Positions 9,258 through 19,116 of a stretch of 64,000 nt of DNA are shown piece by piece; positions within the stretch are counted from its first letter, which is position 1, and each line of letters starts with the position of its first letter. The stretch lies in contig JBGSBO010000001.1 in the NCBI GenBank assembly GCA_041730535.1, forward strand, positions 19,843 through 83,842. The letters are read 5' to 3'. The notes beneath the pieces are model-generated. The model was given only the letters and a program-made list of their open reading frames with translations. It was not told the DNA's origin and did no database searches. Origin of the DNA: Minisyncoccia bacterium. GTDB lineage: Bacteria; Campylobacterota; Campylobacteria; Campylobacterales; Arcobacteraceae. Both the position numbers and the translations under genes were made by a program.

Positions 9258-12200
9258 ATGGTTGATAAAGACTTAAGAATTAAAATCAAAATTGATTCAG
9301 AAACTGCTAAGTTAGATACTTTAAACAGTAAAGTGAAAACTGTAGATAGCTCTTTTAATATTTTAGATAAAACCATAAGAGATTTTAAAGATAGAGTAAG
9401 TCTTGGAGCAAATATATTCATTGCCTATGAAACTTTAATTAATACAATAGGTAGCATAGGAAAAGTTGGTTTTGAAACTAATAAAACTATGCAAAATCTA
9501 AATAACTCTTTAACAACATTAAGAGCTGTTAGTGCTTCAAATACTGATAGTATGGGTAATCAATTAACTATACAACAAAAGTACAATATGGCTCAACAAG
9601 AAGCTACACAAACTCTTCAAGAATTAATAAAAATAAACGCACAAACTCCACACAGTTTGAATGAAACTGGCAAAATATATGACGCTATGTACATGGGCAT
9701 GAAGAAGATTGGTGCATCAAGCGAAGATATGATAGAGATAACAAAGAAAATATCTATTGCAGCAGGTAACAGAATGAATTTTGATGCGTTACTTAGTGCA
9801 ATGGATGGTTTATCGACGGGTACGGTTGAAGTCTCATCTGACATGGGAAGATTTTTAAATAGTATTGGACTATCAAATGAAGCTATTAAAAATAGCTCAA
9901 ATGTTGTTCAGCTTTTTAAAGACAAGCTATCGGGGTTTCAAGCGATAGACAACTTTGATACACGAATCTCAAATTTAAATAATAATTTTGAAACACTAGC
10001 AGGAACATTAACTAAGCCTTTTTTTGATGATTTCTCTAATTCAATGATTCCTGCTACAGAACTATTAAGTAATTTAAATATTAAATTAGTGGATTATTAT
10101 AACAATATAAATAAAGTACAAGATATACATAAACAAAATAATGTTGTTACATTAAAAGATGAACTTGGCGAGTTAGAAAAAAGATTAGATTCTACAAAAG
10201 AAGCTTCAAAAAGATTTTATAACCAGTGGACTACAAATGATGAAGCTGAAATAAATAAATTAGAACTTCTAATAAAAACAACTAAAAATAAAATTAAAGA
10301 TTTAGAAAATCCAGCTAATCCAAAATTAGTAGATAAAAAAGTTGAAAGATCTGATTCAGATATTATAAAAATTATGGGAACAGATTATCAAAAACTTAAT
10401 TTAGAAATTAATGATAATGTTAAAAAACTAAAAGAATCAGGTGCAACTCAACTTGAAGTTGATAAATATAAAGCAGATTCTATTAAAGATTTTAATGAAA
10501 AACAATCAAAATTAAATGAAAAAACATTTAAAGAGAAAGAAAAACAAGCTGAAGAAAGTGCTAAAAAAATAGCTGAAGTAGAAGCAGAATTTAATCTTAT
10601 TGGACTCAATGAGTGGGATACTAAATTTAAAGAATTAGATAATAAATATAATGCTGATTTAGTTAAGTATGCAGGTGTTGTTGGTGCAAAAACAAAAATA
10701 GATTTAGTTTATGAAGATAATAAAAAGAATCTAGCAAATCAAAAAGAAATTGCTGTACAAAAAGAAGACCTAAGCTACTATGAAAGAAAAATCCAACTAC
10801 AAGATGATTCTCTTTCTAAAGAGTTGGAATTGCAAGGAATATCATACTCAAGCAGAGTTTTAGAAATAGAAAACACTACTAAATCCATTGCTGAAAAAGA
10901 TAAATTAATAGCAAAAGAAACTGAATTATTTAATCTAACAGTTCAAAATATGAACTATAAATATGATACTGAATTTCAAGATACTATGAATAATTTTTAT
11001 GATGATATGCTTGATTCTCAATTAGCATTGAATAATGCAGTATATGACTTTGGGAGTGGTTTTGATGGTGTATCTTCTAAGATTGGAAATGTTTCTAAAT
11101 CAATAGCTGCAATGAGTTCACTTGAACTTACAAATAAAAAAGAAGCTTCAAAGTTAGATAAAAAATACATAGAGCAATTTAATAAATATGCAGGTGATGT
11201 TGAAAAAACAAAAGAATTAGAACAACAATACACAAAAGATACTGCAATTCTTAATGAACAAAACATTCAAGCTCAATTAAATGGTTATGCAAATATTGCA
11301 GGTTCTATGTCAAGTATGTTTGAGGAAGGAAGTCGTGAAGCTGCATCATTCCAATTAATTGAAGCTAGTTTAGCTTTATCAAGTGGAATTAGAGCAATAT
11401 TAACTCAAGGAAGTGGAGATCCATATACTGCATTTGCAAGAATGGCTGCAATGGCTGCAACAGTTTCATCTATGCTTGGAAATATTGGTATTGCATTTGG
11501 TATGAATACAACTACAACTACTTCAGATAGTTTTTCTAGTTTAACTGCAAATGATGGTTCAGGTTCTGTTTTAGGAGATAGTAAAAAACAATCTGAATCA
11601 ATAACAAATGCACTTTCAACTTTAGAAAATTTTGCAAAGCCAGAATATCAAACATTATTAAGCATGAATAGTTATCTTGAAACTATTGCATCGAACATTG
11701 GTGGTGTTGCAAGTTTACTTATTCAAGGTGAAGATTATGCACTTGGAAGTGGATTTGTTGGATTTGATACAGGCTATAGCAATAACCTTGGAACAAATAA
11801 CACTATGGCTACATTGCTTGGTGGAGCTGGAACTTTAGCAGGATTTGGTGCTGCGGGTGGGTTTGGTGCAATTGGTGGATTATCTGTTTTGGGACCTGCT
11901 GGATTAGCATTAATGGGAATTGATAAATTACTACTTGGTGGAATGCTTACAAATACTATTGGTGGATTATTTAATTCAGTTTTGGGTGGAGTTTTTGGAA
12001 AAACAAAAGTTACACAAAGTTTAACAGATAGTGGTATTTACTTTGCAGATACACTTTTAACAAGTGCAATTGACCAATTTGATGGAGAAGCATATCAAAC
12101 TATTTCCACCACTACAACAAAAAAGTCTTGGTTTAGTAAATCTTCAAAAACATCAGTTAGTAGTTATTTTGAAGATTTAGATAGTGAAACTGAAAGACAA

Positions 12201-13508
12201 TTTACCCTTGTTTTAGATGGACTTTACAATACTGCTTTAGTTGCAGGTGAAGCATTAGATTCAGCATCATTAACAACTGCTGACGCACTTTCAAATTTTG
12301 TAATTAGTATTGGAAAAGTTTCATTAAAAGATTTAACTGGCGATGAAATACAAGAAAAATTGACAAATATCTTTAGTGAAATTAGTGATGATATAGCAGT
12401 AACTGCTTTTCCTTTATTAACATCTTTTCAACAAGTTGGTGAGGGTATGTTTGAAACTCTTACAAGAGTTGCAACAGGAATGGAAGAGGCTGAATATTAT
12501 ATTGCAAGACTTGGTAATTCTTTTGCAGACATTACTTATACAGCCATAGAAAACGCACAAGGTGATGTTGGCTTTGAAGCCTTAAGACAATCTATTGATG
12601 CCTTTGATGAAGCAACTTATGGAGCTAATAATAATCTTGTAAAAATAATTGATTCTTTAGATGCAACAGCTGAAGAACTTTATACGATTTATACAACTTT
12701 AGATGAATTAAGAGATAGATTAATATTTTTGGGTCAATCATCTCAAGGAATTTCAAGTTCTATGATTTATGGAGCTGGAAGTGTGGATTCTTTATCGAGT
12801 GGATTTAGTTCTTATTTTGAAAACTTTTTAAGTGAAAGTGAACAATTAGACTATAAAACTCAACAATTATCTTCAAGTTTTGCAAGTCTTGGAATTTTAA
12901 TGCCAACAACAAATTTAGCATTTAAAGAACTATTATCAGGTTTAGATTTAACAAGTACTTCAGGTCAGGAACTTTACGGAAGATTAATTACATTAAGTGA
13001 TTCTTTTGCTGATATTTCTAGCTCAAAAGTGAGTTTATTAACTAACCAATTGGATAGTACAAACAGTTCTATTTCAAGCCTAGAAGATATATCGACTAAT
13101 TTGGAATCAGTAATTTCTAGTTTAAGAAGTAGTATAGATACAAGCTCAAGTAGCTCTTTGGATAAATTTGCAAGAAGTATGACTACATCTTTATTACTTG
13201 CACAAACTGGAGATTACACATCATTAGCAAATAGTGTAAAAGATACCATTTCTTATTCTAATGCTTTAAATAATAGCGACTATTTTACATCTGCTAGAGA
13301 TATGCAATATGCTCAAGCAGTAGCAGCTAATCAGTTTGAATCTATGAATTTAAATTTAGATACTGAATTATCTGTTTTACAAGAAATTGCAGATAACACA
13401 AATAATATGATTGCAGCTTTATCTAATTTAACTACTGCTGTAAATGCATTGCAAGAATCATCTAGTGCAACAGCAAACAATACTTCAATTAGTAGGTATG
13501 TATCATGA
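9258..13508 (+). CDS. Tail tape measure protein
   Basis: 1416 aa, long helical/coiled-coil stretches, Gly/Ala-rich hydrophobic segment, follows the G/GT pair. Confidence 0.9.
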   Translation: MVDKDLRIKIKIDSETAKLDTLNSKVKTVDSSFNILDKTIRDFKDRVSLGANIFIAYETLINTIGSIGKVGFETNKTMQNLNNSLTTLRAVSASNTDSMGNQLTIQQKYNMAQQEATQTLQELIKINAQTPHSLNETGKIYDAMYMGMKKIGASSEDMIEITKKISIAAGNRMNFDALLSAMDGLSTGTVEVSSDMGRFLNSIGLSNEAIKNSSNVVQLFKDKLSGFQAIDNFDTRISNLNNNFETLAGTLTKPFFDDFSNSMIPATELLSNLNIKLVDYYNNINKVQDIHKQNNVVTLKDELGELEKRLDSTKEASKRFYNQWTTNDEAEINKLELLIKTTKNKIKDLENPANPKLVDKKVERSDSDIIKIMGTDYQKLNLEINDNVKKLKESGATQLEVDKYKADSIKDFNEKQSKLNEKTFKEKEKQAEESAKKIAEVEAEFNLIGLNEWDTKFKELDNKYNADLVKYAGVVGAKTKIDLVYEDNKKNLANQKEIAVQKEDLSYYERKIQLQDDSLSKELELQGISYSSRVLEIENTTKSIAEKDKLIAKETELFNLTVQNMNYKYDTEFQDTMNNFYDDMLDSQLALNNAVYDFGSGFDGVSSKIGNVSKSIAAMSSLELTNKKEASKLDKKYIEQFNKYAGDVEKTKELEQQYTKDTAILNEQNIQAQLNGYANIAGSMSSMFEEGSREAASFQLIEASLALSSGIRAILTQGSGDPYTAFARMAAMAATVSSMLGNIGIAFGMNTTTTTSDSFSSLTANDGSGSVLGDSKKQSESITNALSTLENFAKPEYQTLLSMNSYLETIASNIGGVASLLIQGEDYALGSGFVGFDTGYSNNLGTNNTMATLLGGAGTLAGFGAAGGFGAIGGLSVLGPAGLALMGIDKLLLGGMLTNTIGGLFNSVLGGVFGKTKVTQSLTDSGIYFADTLLTSAIDQFDGEAYQTISTTTTKKSWFSKSSKTSVSSYFEDLDSETERQFTLVLDGLYNTALVAGEALDSASLTTADALSNFVISIGKVSLKDLTGDEIQEKLTNIFSEISDDIAVTAFPLLTSFQQVGEGMFETLTRVATGMEEAEYYIARLGNSFADITYTAIENAQGDVGFEALRQSIDAFDEATYGANNNLVKIIDSLDATAEELYTIYTTLDELRDRLIFLGQSSQGISSSMIYGAGSVDSLSSGFSSYFENFLSESEQLDYKTQQLSSSFASLGILMPTTNLAFKELLSGLDLTSTSGQELYGRLITLSDSFADISSSKVSLLTNQLDSTNSSISSLEDISTNLESVISSLRSSIDTSSSSSLDKFARSMTTSLLLAQTGDYTSLANSVKDTISYSNALNNSDYFTSARDMQYAQAVAANQFESMNLNLDTELSVLQEIADNTNNMIAALSNLTTAVNALQESSSATANNTSISRYVS

Positions 13509-14446
13509 ATTTTGTTAATCTAAAAAGAGAAAAACTAACAGTTACTTATGCAGGAGTAACTTACTCAAAAGAGTTTTATATACCTGCAACAACTGTTACA
13601 GGTATTACAAATGAAGCTTATGCAAATTGGAATGCAAATACTACTTATGCAAGTGGTACTTACGTGATTATTCCTGAATTAAAATCTATTTATAAAAGTA
13701 GTGCAGATTCAAACACGGGCATATTCCCACCAAGTAATACGGACAAATGGACATTCTGGGGGTATGTTAATAACATGAATATGTTCGCATGTGATGAGAA
13801 TATTGGTTCACAAACAAAGGGCATAGATGTAATTGTTACTATGCCTTTTAATCAATCAAATATTTTAGCTCTTGTTGATACAGATTTTAGCACTGTGAAT
13901 ATTAGACAAATAGATTTAAATACAAACGAAGAGATTGTAAATATAGACATAAATAGTAGAGATATTTCTTGTAGTTCATTTGCAGAATACTGTTATAAAA
14001 AAACAATCCTACAAAGAAAAGTGATTATTGATAATTTGGAATGGAGACCTAATTCTAAAGTAGTTTTAACTTTTTCAGGTGCTTGTGCAATTGGAACTAT
14101 TTGTCAAGGATTACTGCAAGAACTTGGAGTTACACTTTACGGAACTTCACTTTCATGGGAATCAAAATCTAAAATTAAAACAGATGAATTTACATCTTAT
14201 AGAACAGTATTGCGTTATGGAAAAGTAAGAGTTCTATCTGTTCAAGTTTTATTTGAAGTAGATGAATTTAATAAAACAGCTTTATTGATAGATACGATAT
14301 TAGATAGAAATATTCTATTTATACCAACAGAACTTGATATTTTTTCAGAATTGATAAGCATTGGATATATAGAAAATTTTAAATTACCTTTAGAAAATCC
14401 AAACAAAATTTTAACAACAACCCAAATCGTAGGAGTAGTAAATTAA
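13505..14446 (+). CDS. Distal tail/tail-tip structural protein
   Basis: Directly after the TMP; WNANTTYASG carbohydrate-binding-like motif. Confidence 0.6.
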   Translation: MNFVNLKREKLTVTYAGVTYSKEFYIPATTVTGITNEAYANWNANTTYASGTYVIIPELKSIYKSSADSNTGIFPPSNTDKWTFWGYVNNMNMFACDENIGSQTKGIDVIVTMPFNQSNILALVDTDFSTVNIRQIDLNTNEEIVNIDINSRDISCSSFAEYCYKKTILQRKVIIDNLEWRPNSKVVLTFSGACAIGTICQGLLQELGVTLYGTSLSWESKSKIKTDEFTSYRTVLRYGKVRVLSVQVLFEVDEFNKTALLIDTILDRNILFIPTELDIFSELISIGYIENFKLPLENPNKILTTTQIVGVVN

Positions 14447-14447
14447 C

Positions 14448-15374
14448 ATGCAAGAAATATCATCTTTACCTGTGTATACAGGCGTAATTCCAAATAAACA
14501 AACACAAAATGATTATGATTTTGCAAACAATGTTTTCGGATTCATTAACTATAGCGGGAATACTCTTATTCCTTATTTTAACGACACAATAACAGATCTA
14601 AATATCTTGAGTGGACAAATTAATACAAAAGCAAGTGAAGTAGCAACGAACACACAAACTGTTTCAGAAAAAACAGCATTGGTTCAAAGCATAACAGCAT
14701 CATTACCAGCAGGAACTGTTTTAGATTCAGCAGTTAGTGAAAGGAACACCTGGTCTAGTTCTAAGATAAAAACTTTACTAGATAATATAACTGCAATCAT
14801 CACCTCCAGCGATACTTCACTCGATTCATTTCAAGAGATTGTTGCTTATATCAAACAAAACAAAACCGTATTAGACACATTAGCAATCTCAAATATTGCT
14901 GGATTAGTTTCTGCTTTGGCTGGGAAATTAGGTGTTAATGATACAGCTGCAAGTGCAGTAACTTTAACTATTCCTGCAATAGGATATAAACACTTAGGCA
15001 GTTGGGGAAATGATGGTATTACTGCAGGAAATGGAAATGTGTTAGTTAACTCTGCATATAGAGCAGAAAGATGTATGGATTTAAGCAATCATCAATGGGG
15101 TAATAACTCGGGTAGTGGGTATATAAGATTAAGCACTGGATTGATAATGCAGTGGGGACGAGCTATGTATCCTGATACAAATTGGTTGCAAACTCTTTTT
15201 CCTGTATCTTTTCCAACTGGTTGTTCTTTTGTTGGGATTACCGTGGAAAATGGAGGTCCTACTGATGGTACCGTATTAAACCCTAATGCACAACCTACAA
15301 ATACAGGATTTACACATTTTACATATACTAACCCTACGGGTAGGTATTTTAGATGGCTTGCAATAGGATATTAA
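14448..15374 (+). CDS. Tail fibre protein with gp53-like C-terminal domain
   Basis: LDSFQEIVAYIK, TWSSSKI and C-terminal GYIRLSTGLIMQWG...FPVSFP...WLAIGY. Confidence 0.85.
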   Translation: MQEISSLPVYTGVIPNKQTQNDYDFANNVFGFINYSGNTLIPYFNDTITDLNILSGQINTKASEVATNTQTVSEKTALVQSITASLPAGTVLDSAVSERNTWSSSKIKTLLDNITAIITSSDTSLDSFQEIVAYIKQNKTVLDTLAISNIAGLVSALAGKLGVNDTAASAVTLTIPAIGYKHLGSWGNDGITAGNGNVLVNSAYRAERCMDLSNHQWGNNSGSGYIRLSTGLIMQWGRAMYPDTNWLQTLFPVSFPTGCSFVGITVENGGPTDGTVLNPNAQPTNTGFTHFTYTNPTGRYFRWLAIGY

Positions 15375-15384
15375 GGAGTAAAAT

Positions 15385-15807
15385 ATGAAATATGCACACA
15401 TAATAGATACAAAATTACAAGGTTGGTACTCTGAAGATATTCATACTTCTATCCCACTTGGTTGCGTAGAAGTAAACGATGAAGTTTGGCAAGAAGCTAT
15501 TAATATTAATGCTAATTGTTACGAAAATGGTAGGTTTATAGCTAAAGATTTTAGAACTGAGGAAGAAATCTATCAATCTACAATCCCTACAAAAATAACA
15601 ATGAGACAGTGTAGATTATATCTTCTATCAAAAAATTTATTAGACGATATTGAAACAATAGTAGCCACAAATAAGGCATGGGAAATAGAGTGGGAATATG
15701 CAAATGAAGTTTTAAGAACAAATCAACTTATCCAAGCAATGCAGGATGCTTTAAATTTAACAAGTGAGCAAGTGGACACAATGTTTTTAGAAGCGAGTAA
15801 ATTATGA
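15385..15807 (+). CDS. Tail fibre assembly/chaperone-like protein
   Basis: GWYSEDIH..IP...VEV N-terminus; ITMRQCRLYL, EWEYA and QVDTMFLEASKL C-terminus. Confidence 0.7.
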   Translation: MKYAHIIDTKLQGWYSEDIHTSIPLGCVEVNDEVWQEAININANCYENGRFIAKDFRTEEEIYQSTIPTKITMRQCRLYLLSKNLLDDIETIVATNKAWEIEWEYANEVLRTNQLIQAMQDALNLTSEQVDTMFLEASKL

Positions 15808-16049
15808 ATCAAAATTTAATAGAAAAATTTGAAAATGATAGAAAAAAAAGAAGTAGATTTAAAAGATTTTTACTTATTTTAGACCAGTTGCTTAACGTTG
15901 TTTTTTGGAATGGTTCACAAGATGAAACTGTAAGCTCTCATATTGGTAGAAGAATAGAAAATAACACAGCAACTTGGTTTGACAAAAAGCTTTGTTGTTT
16001 TTTGAAAAAACTAGAAAATAACCATTGCGCAAAAAGCATTGGTGAATAA
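15804..16049 (+). CDS. Conserved small phage protein
   Basis: LDQLLNV...G..DETVSS..GR...HCAKSI pattern commonly found after tail fibre genes. Confidence 0.65.
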   Translation: MNQNLIEKFENDRKKRSRFKRFLLILDQLLNVVFWNGSQDETVSSHIGRRIENNTATWFDKKLCCFLKKLENNHCAKSIGE

Positions 16050-16069
16050 AATTAAAAAAAGGACAAATT

Positions 16070-16348
16070 ATGGCATTAGTAGATGATAAAAACTTCACAT
16101 TAGTTACAACTGAGTGGGTACTTTTACTTTTAGGAGAGGGAATTATTACAAACATGAGTGGACCAAATGAAAATTTAGAATTTCGATTTGATTCAGCTAT
16201 ACCAGGTGCGAATGATGTAACAAGAACAATTTATGGTAGAAGTGATTATGACAATAAGGATAGCTTTGCAAATTACAGTGAAGATTCTAAGATTTATGGA
16301 AGAGCTAAGAGTGGAACTGTAAAAATTTTAGTTTCTAGGATGGTATAA
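16070..16348 (+). CDS. Hypothetical phage protein
   Basis: 92-aa ORF with AAGGA RBS. Confidence 0.6.
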   Translation: MALVDDKNFTLVTTEWVLLLLGEGIITNMSGPNENLEFRFDSAIPGANDVTRTIYGRSDYDNKDSFANYSEDSKIYGRAKSGTVKILVSRMV

Positions 16349-16350
16349 AA

Positions 16351-16494
16351 ATGGGAAAGTTAGTAAAACCATTTGACAGCTTTGGAGATAAAAGCAAAGG
16401 TAAGAAAGTAGACGAAATAGTTTTTGTTGTAACTGAAGATAACGAAATCTTAGTTACAGAAGATGGAAAAATAATAATAACAGATAAGGAATAA
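16351..16494 (+). CDS. 47-aa small protein not in the ORF track (MGKLVKPFDSFGDK...ILVTEDGKIIITDKE)
   Basis: Exactly fills the gap between two ORFs; AGGA upstream; TEDG-type repeats. Confidence 0.6.
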   Translation: MGKLVKPFDSFGDKSKGKKVDEIVFVVTEDNEILVTEDGKIIITDKE

Positions 16495-16496
16495 AT

Positions 16497-18983
16497 ATGT
16501 TAGAGACAAGAGTCGTAAAAAAAGAAGATTTAGCTTCTTTAAAAAATTTTAGCTTCCCAAATAAAACTATAGGTCTACCTAATAGACCTTTAAAAATAGG
16601 AGCCATAGGAGATTCTATCACTAGAAACCAGATAACATATGGTGATACTACATGGGGAACGTATTATGGTTGGGTTGGTAGAAACTGGTTACTACGAACT
16701 GGAATGAAACTTCAAGGTAAAGCTTGGGTTGATATCTATTCTGTAGAAGGATATTCTGGTCAACGAACAGATGAAATCTATGATAGTATGTTATCACCTA
16801 CGGCAGTTATTAATGCCACACATGTCAACCCACAACCAATAGGAGTGTTAGCTAATAAACCTGATATATGCATTGAGTTCTCAGGAACAAATGACAATTA
16901 CCTACAAGTTAACACTAAGGAACAAATGGTTGCGGGTAGGAGAGCAATCTGGGCTAGATTAATGGAGAATGGTATTACACCAGTTGTACTATCATTATTA
17001 CCAAATGACTTAAATGATATTAGAAATACTAGAATTCCTGAATGGAATTTAGCAATTAAAGAAGAGTGTGAAAAAATGAATATAGTATATGTGGATATAT
17101 ATACTAATTGTTCTAATAATGGTAAATTTAAAACTGGTTGGAATTTTAAAGATGGTGTAGTTGATATTTATGATGGGTTGCATCCTGGTGCAGAAGCATG
17201 CGAATCTATAGCTGTAGATGTATCTACAGTATTACTAAAATTAATAGGTACAAGAATTAGCACTCCAACTGTAATGGCAACTGGTAATATATATAGTAAA
17301 ACTGCTGACTTACTAAAAGGTGGAGAGGAATATAAACTCTTTGATACAGGATTATTCCCAACTGTGGGGGTATGGACACCTCGGTATGAAAATGCATACT
17401 TAACATCTACACGAAGTGTAATTAGTGAACCTGCATTTACTAAGTTTGGAAATGTATTAACTATTGACTATCAAGCTGTATCAAGTGGTGAAGGATATAG
17501 TGATATGGTATCATCTCCAATTAGTGTTACTGAAGGAGAGAAATATGGAATCTTCCTTAAGATGAATTTTGAAGCTAAAAATAAGACTGATGGAATACAA
17601 CTAGGTATTAGTTATAATAATGAATACGATAAGTTAATTACATACTTTACTGGTGGTAGTGCTAACGGTGCATCTAGTAGTGTTGTTGGGGCTAGTATTG
17701 GAGGTATATATTATCAGGAGATAATAATACCAAAGGGATGTACATCAATTAGAATATTCCATTCGTTAGGTGTAAGTGCTGGTGGTTTAACTGGTCAAAA
17801 GATGAAGTTATCAAATGTTGGGAGTGTTAAGGTAAACGCAAAAGTAGTAAATGAAATAGGAAACGTAAATCAGAATACAGTTGTTATTGACGGAGATAGT
17901 ATCGCTGCGATGAATGGGTATGTTGCTAATCCTGATGGCGGTATCGCAACAGACTCTGGCGGATTTGTTGCTTGGGCAAATATAAAATTAAATAATAAGT
18001 TACACATAATAGCTAACCATGGCGTTAGTGGGGAAAGAACAGACCAACTCTTAGCTAGACTTCAAACAAGTATAGATTTGAAACCAAAATTTATGATAAT
18101 TAATATAGGCACTAACGATGTGGGGCAGAATGTAGCTAAAGAAATAATAAAGGCAAATTTACTAACTATAATTAATAGAATAAGAAGTGCTGGTATTATT
18201 TGTGTTATAAATACGATTTTACCAAGAGATGATAGTAATAGTGAAAATTTTGCTACAGAAATATTCTATCTGAATAACTTTTTAAGAGACCTACAAGGAA
18301 CATTAGATAACTACATATTGTTTGATGGCTATGCTTCAATAGTAAGTCCAGCTACTAATTTACCAAGAGCAAATACTCTAGTAGATGGAGTTCATCCTTC
18401 CGCTCAAGGTGCTCCAGAAATTGGTTATGAATTAGCAAATAGCATGGACAAATATTTGAAACCTATAAGTTTATTCTCGGGTGGTAATACAGATATTGCA
18501 ACTGGCTATTTAAATAATCCTTACATGTTAGGTGGAACAACAGTTGCGACTGGATGGACTGGAAATATTGATAGTGGTGCAGGTGTTTTCACTAAAGTAG
18601 CTAGAGACTATGGATTAGAATGGCAACAAATTAATATGACTACACTAGGGGTATTCACAATGTATAACTATATACAAGGGATTGTAGTTGGTGATAAAAT
18701 ACAAGTAATCACGGAATTTGAATTGGATGATGATGCAGTCATAGATAAATATACTATGCGGATTGAAGCGAAAGCGCAAGGGAATATTGGTATTAATGGT
18801 GCGCATTCTATATTTATAGACGAGATTAGACCTATAAGGTTTAGTAAAAAAATAAATAAGGGAATATTAGCTACACCAGTGTTTACTGTTCCAGCAGGAA
18901 CTTTTGATTTAATATTATTTCTTAGTGCTAAACTAACGGGAAAAATTAGATTTGGTAGAAATAGAATTATAAAAGTGTCATGA
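16497..18983 (+). CDS. Phage protein with two tandem SGNH/GDSL hydrolase domains, each followed by a beta-sandwich-like region
   Basis: Two full motif sets: GDSIT/GYSGQRTD/GTND/DGLHP and GDSIA/GVSGERTD/GTND/DGVHP. Confidence 0.85.
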   Translation: MLETRVVKKEDLASLKNFSFPNKTIGLPNRPLKIGAIGDSITRNQITYGDTTWGTYYGWVGRNWLLRTGMKLQGKAWVDIYSVEGYSGQRTDEIYDSMLSPTAVINATHVNPQPIGVLANKPDICIEFSGTNDNYLQVNTKEQMVAGRRAIWARLMENGITPVVLSLLPNDLNDIRNTRIPEWNLAIKEECEKMNIVYVDIYTNCSNNGKFKTGWNFKDGVVDIYDGLHPGAEACESIAVDVSTVLLKLIGTRISTPTVMATGNIYSKTADLLKGGEEYKLFDTGLFPTVGVWTPRYENAYLTSTRSVISEPAFTKFGNVLTIDYQAVSSGEGYSDMVSSPISVTEGEKYGIFLKMNFEAKNKTDGIQLGISYNNEYDKLITYFTGGSANGASSSVVGASIGGIYYQEIIIPKGCTSIRIFHSLGVSAGGLTGQKMKLSNVGSVKVNAKVVNEIGNVNQNTVVIDGDSIAAMNGYVANPDGGIATDSGGFVAWANIKLNNKLHIIANHGVSGERTDQLLARLQTSIDLKPKFMIINIGTNDVGQNVAKEIIKANLLTIINRIRSAGIICVINTILPRDDSNSENFATEIFYLNNFLRDLQGTLDNYILFDGYASIVSPATNLPRANTLVDGVHPSAQGAPEIGYELANSMDKYLKPISLFSGGNTDIATGYLNNPYMLGGTTVATGWTGNIDSGAGVFTKVARDYGLEWQQINMTTLGVFTMYNYIQGIVVGDKIQVITEFELDDDAVIDKYTMRIEAKAQGNIGINGAHSIFIDEIRPIRFSKKINKGILATPVFTVPAGTFDLILFLSAKLTGKIRFGRNRIIKVS

Positions 18984-19056
18984 GGAAATCCGTGAACGCA
19001 GCACAAAACTATTAATTAAATTGCACAGCCACCTTCCCCAAGCTGACTGCATAAGA

Positions 19057-19065
19057 ATTTTAACA
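19057..19065 (-). promoter_or_regulatory. Extended -10 (TGTTAAAAT) pointing leftwards into a GC-rich hairpin
   Basis: Matches the Campylobacterota sigma70 extended -10, with T-tracts upstream on the minus strand. Confidence 0.45.
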
Positions 19066-19116
19066 AAACAAAAAATGAAACTCTAAAAAAGTGACATTTT
19101 TTCACAAAGGATAATT

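Noticed and set aside
202-18983. Short opposite-strand ORFs in the prophage (e.g. 202..405, 1279..1521, 3535..3717, 4926..5237, 9617..9844, 18668..19006)
   Set aside because: They lie antisense within well-supported genes and have no RBS or recognisable motifs.
14448-19116. Diversity-generating retroelement or invertible tail-fibre segment
   Set aside because: No reverse transcriptase, no adenine-variant duplicate of a fibre 3' end that I could see, no invertase and no inverted alternative fibre gene.
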